DNA from: Harriotta raleighana
Lineage: Eukaryota
Direction: 5' to 3'
Assembly (NCBI GenBank): GCA_050575255.1
Contig: JBNZDD010013635.1
Coordinates: 2,705,670 to 2,769,669 of the forward strand
Length of the DNA stretch: 64,000 nucleotides
In this document: piece after piece, positions 63,247 through 64,000 of the stretch
Layout of the letters: the number at the start of each line of letters is the position of its first letter
Numbering within the stretch: the stretch's first letter is position 1
Made by a program: the position numbers and the translations under genes
Notes under the pieces: generated by a model
What the model was told of the DNA's origin: nothing
Seen by the model: the letters and a program-made list of their open reading frames with translations, nothing else
Databases searched by the model: none

Positions 63247-63650
63247 TAGTAAAACCGTTGCTATCCGACACCCTCGGGATCTGACCATTGGCAGTTAATT
63301 AAATGCCGGATATTCGAGTGGCAAGTTGCCAAAAATCCTACACAAAAAATCAACTTATTTTAAAACATACCATATTAATAATAGATTCAATAATAACAGA
63401 ATATTGTATGGATACTTAACAAATAATGTATTCCAGCACATTTGGTAAAATGATTGGTAAAAAAAGCATTCTAGCGTTCGGAGAGTTTAATAAGTGTACA
63501 TGCGCACGCAAGGCGCAAAGTGAGCATACTGCGAGTGTCCCAGGTGGCTATGGTATGAGATTCGGTTGCTGGAATGGTGAATTGTATTGGGAGATACCAG
63601 TTGGTTGATCATTCCGGTTGGTTGGGTGCTGGATAACCAAGGTTTTACTG
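63247..63650. mobile_element. Family-B-related MITE
   Basis: TAGTAAAACCGTTGCTATCC ... GGATAACCAAGGTTTTACTG-TA. Confidence 0.8.
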
Positions 63651-64000
63651 TACCAAGAGAAATGAACTAATGAACTGTGTGTTTGTGTGTATTCATTTTT
63701 GGAAATAGAAGAGATCTCCTCTGGGTACATTTTCCTCTACATGTGGACATGAACACTTGTATGTGCGCGTGTGTTTGTGTGCTCCCAACTCTGTTATTCT
63801 GCAGGAGGGCTTCAGATAGCTGTAAAAAAAAGGTTATTTAACTGGTAAGGTCTAATTTCCGGTATTATTGGTATCCGCCCAGGTTGTGAGATTTGAGGAT
63901 TGCAAATTCTGAAAGCCAACAAAGTCCAGAATAAATATGTGTTATTGCTGTATTAGTATTTACAAAGACAGACAAGCACCTCGTAACATTGACCTTTTCT

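Overview
Vertebrate genomic DNA. The repeat landscape (tRNA-headed SINEs with L2-type tails, L2 and CR1 LINE remnants, Penelope-like palindromes, Tigger- and hAT-type MITEs) suggests a cartilaginous fish, probably a chimaera; this assignment is inference. The window holds the 5' part of one + strand multi-exon gene, FARP2 (FERM-FA-DH-PH RhoGEF). It includes a multi-CCAAT/GC-box promoter near 1.8-2.05 kb, a putative non-coding first exon, and 20 coding exons (9800-62041) with GT-AG junctions in consistent phase. The gene runs off the right edge within the first PH domain. The most notable feature is that the linker exon starting at 42381 stays open for 407 codons to a stop at 43604, followed by a long transposon-poor tract with poly(A) signals. 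This predicts an ~801-aa FERM-only, GEF-less isoform with an FRMD7-like architecture. Other points of interest are a hammerhead-ribozyme core in a Penelope-like palindrome, a duplicated exon head that creates a poison splice acceptor, a candidate 5'UTR cassette exon that switches a uORF, and several nested transposons. Much of 12.6-20.7 kb is assembly-level duplication around N gaps. No prokaryotic features or CRISPR arrays are present.
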